Assembly: GCF_018350175.1 (NCBI RefSeq)
Contig: NC_058368.1
Location: 139,006,001 to 139,070,000 of the forward strand
DNA: 64,000 nucleotides
Direction of reading: 5' to 3'
DNA from: Felis catus
Taxonomy: Eukaryota
The position numbers and the translations under genes are program-made. The notes below the pieces were generated by a model. It saw only the letters and a program-made list of their open reading frames with translations. It was not told where the DNA came from and ran no database searches. Shown here one piece after another: positions 61,999 to 64,000 of the stretch. Every line of letters starts with the position of its first letter. The first letter of the stretch is position 1.

Positions 61999-62879
61999 CA
62001 AATATATTTTTTAAAAGTCAGATTATTTTGTTTGGGCAGCCCCTGCTCTTAAGTGCCTGGCTACCCCTGATATAACTAGTTTGGTCAACTTTGATACACA
62101 TCAACCTGGGTAGCCAGATTCACATCACCTGATCCTCCTTCCTTAGGGTCAAGACTATACCCTTAGTTGGTCTCAGGGCATTTTAAGGTGACAAGAAAAC
62201 TTGCTGCTATACCTGTTGTAATTTCATTGCTGTACCTTTACCAACTGGACAAGAACAGACCCAGTTTCCTTCAGTATTTGGGGTGCTGTCTTAAACCAGT
62301 ATTCACACTTCTTTCATGTGAACTCCAGCTCAAACGGTGAGGAACTGGAACCCCTACTTGTCTAGGGATCTTCCTGTTTCTTTTCCCCTTGGTACTCAAG
62401 ACATGGGAGGCAGTAAATGGGTGCTTTTGTTTTTCCATCATCTGTGAGCCCAACTTGTTTAAGGGGAAAAAATAGCTTCTAATGCCACCTCTAGAACTAG
62501 GTTTGTCCTTCAACAACTTAATATAGGAATTCAGTGAGGGCCTCAAAAAGAAGTGATGTCTGAGATGAGATTTTCTAATTACAGAGTGAACATCTTCCAG
62601 GTAGACAAACTGCATTATGCCATTATAATGCAAGACAGAACAAATGAAAAGAAATAGTAATGCAAAAAGAGCATGGTATCTTCAGAAAACTGGAACTAGT
62701 TTATTACAGAAGTGTAAGGTGTGAGTCGTTATTCTGTCTTACTTTTTTTTTTTTTTGGTGAAAGAAGAGGGTTCAGAACGAAGGAGGAAGTTTCAAACAA
62801 CGAGGCCAGGCAAGAAGGCTGGTGTCAGCGATTGCTAGTGGTCTTCCTCTCTATTCTGCTGCCGCCTGCCTCAAATACT

Positions 62880-63253
62880 GCATTTACCAAACTCCTTGCA
62901 ACTGAGCGGCCAGATGTCTAAGTAATAGCCAGTGACACAGAAGAAGCCTTTAAGGGGAAAAGGACACATCTTCTTCCTCCTTACTCCATGTCTCTGTCAG
63001 GAACTTGTCCGTGATGCCAGAGGTGCTAGCAGCCATCCTGTGATAACTAAGGATAGGAGCTACAGACTCAGAGAGGCAGGGCAGAAAAACGAGAGCCCGG
63101 GGGCCTGATGATGGTGTAGAGCCACCCTCTAACCCCTGGGCTCCCAACCCAAGGCACATTTTACAAGGGAGAGAAATAAACTTTTGTCATTAAAGCAACT
63201 GTTACTTGGGTGTTTTCTATAATATGCAACCAAATCCAATTGGAAATGATACA
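62880..63253 (+). mobile_element. Old MLT1 LTR fragment
   Basis: gcagccatcctgtga, gagagaaataaac, ctgttacttggg...tgcaaccaaa...tgataca terminus. Confidence 0.65.
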
Positions 63254-63659
63254 GCTGAAATCATGAGATTTATATACCACAGAAAGGAGTCTGGGTTTGT
63301 GCTATATATAAGTAATGAGAAGCCACTGAGAACTTAAACAGGCTAAAGCACGAGTACACAACACTCAAAAAGGTCAAACAACATTAACCATAGTATATAA
63401 ATATCTTCACTGAATTCTAAAGGTTGAGCCAAAAAACAAGGAAAAGGAGCATTTTGTAAATGGTGATGAGAAAATGAATCCTTCTGAACTGTTAACTGTC
63501 TAATCTATTATAACTGGAAGGGGAATCCTGACGCCAGTTACTTCGGATGCCAATGACAGCACCACAAGAACCAGAGCAAGGAAGATGATGATAGTCGAAA
63601 ATGGCCAACATGTGGAAAAAGAGTAAATAAAAGGGGCTTGTAAAAATCAAAACATCTTA

Positions 63660-63902
63660 GGGGCGCCTGGGTGGCGCAGTCGGTTAAGCATCCGACTTCA
63701 GCCAGGTCACGATCTCGCGGTCCGGGAGTTCGAGCCCCGTGTCGGGCTCTGGGCTGATGGTTCAGAGCCTGGAGCCTGTTTCCGATTCTGTGTCTCCCTC
63801 TCTCTCTGCCCCTCCCCCGTTCATGCTCTGTCTCTCTCTGTCCCAAAAATAAATAAACGTTGAAAAAAAATTTTTTTAAATAAATCAATCAATCAATCAA
63901 TC
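63660..63902 (+). mobile_element. Young SINEC_Fc with (ATCA)n tail
   Basis: Target site duplication aatcaaaacatctta. Confidence 0.93.
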
Positions 63903-64000
63903 AATCAAAACATCTTAAATAGAAAACAAGACTAATCCCAAGTAATACCCATGACTTCTGATAAAACTGAACTCAATCATGTGAGAAATCTTTTGAGGGC

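Noticed and set aside
60014..64000. Further GFM2 exons
   Set aside because: I found no EF-G-like peptide with splice sites on the minus strand; the next exon presumably lies beyond the window.

Overview
Felid genomic DNA, very probably domestic cat or a close relative, judged from the dense SINEC_Fc/Can-SINE content and the HEXB protein sequence. The window holds the complete 14-exon HEXB gene on + (lysosomal beta-hexosaminidase beta subunit; ATG 18406, stop 49505-49507). The spliced CDS is 1596 nt (531 aa), all introns are GT-AG and phase-consistent, and the gene has a CpG-island promoter. Converging on it from the right are the last six coding exons of GFM2 on - (mitochondrial EF-G2/RRF2; stop 49757-49759), so the two stop codons are only 249 bp apart. 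The rest is typical mammalian repeat landscape: about 45 carnivore SINEs, L1 fragments, MaLR/ERV LTRs, hAT and Tigger DNA transposons, a U6 retrocopy and microsatellites. I found no new protein-coding system; most listed ORFs are SINE, L1 or GC-content artefacts. The most notable observations are the tail-to-tail HEXB/GFM2 3' ends, the geometry of the feline Sandhoff 25-bp inversion site, a scrambled L1 in HEXB intron 5, a SINE-L1 composite insertion, CLEAR-like motifs and competing splice acceptors. Repeat family names are from memory of consensus sequences and repeat boundaries are approximate.
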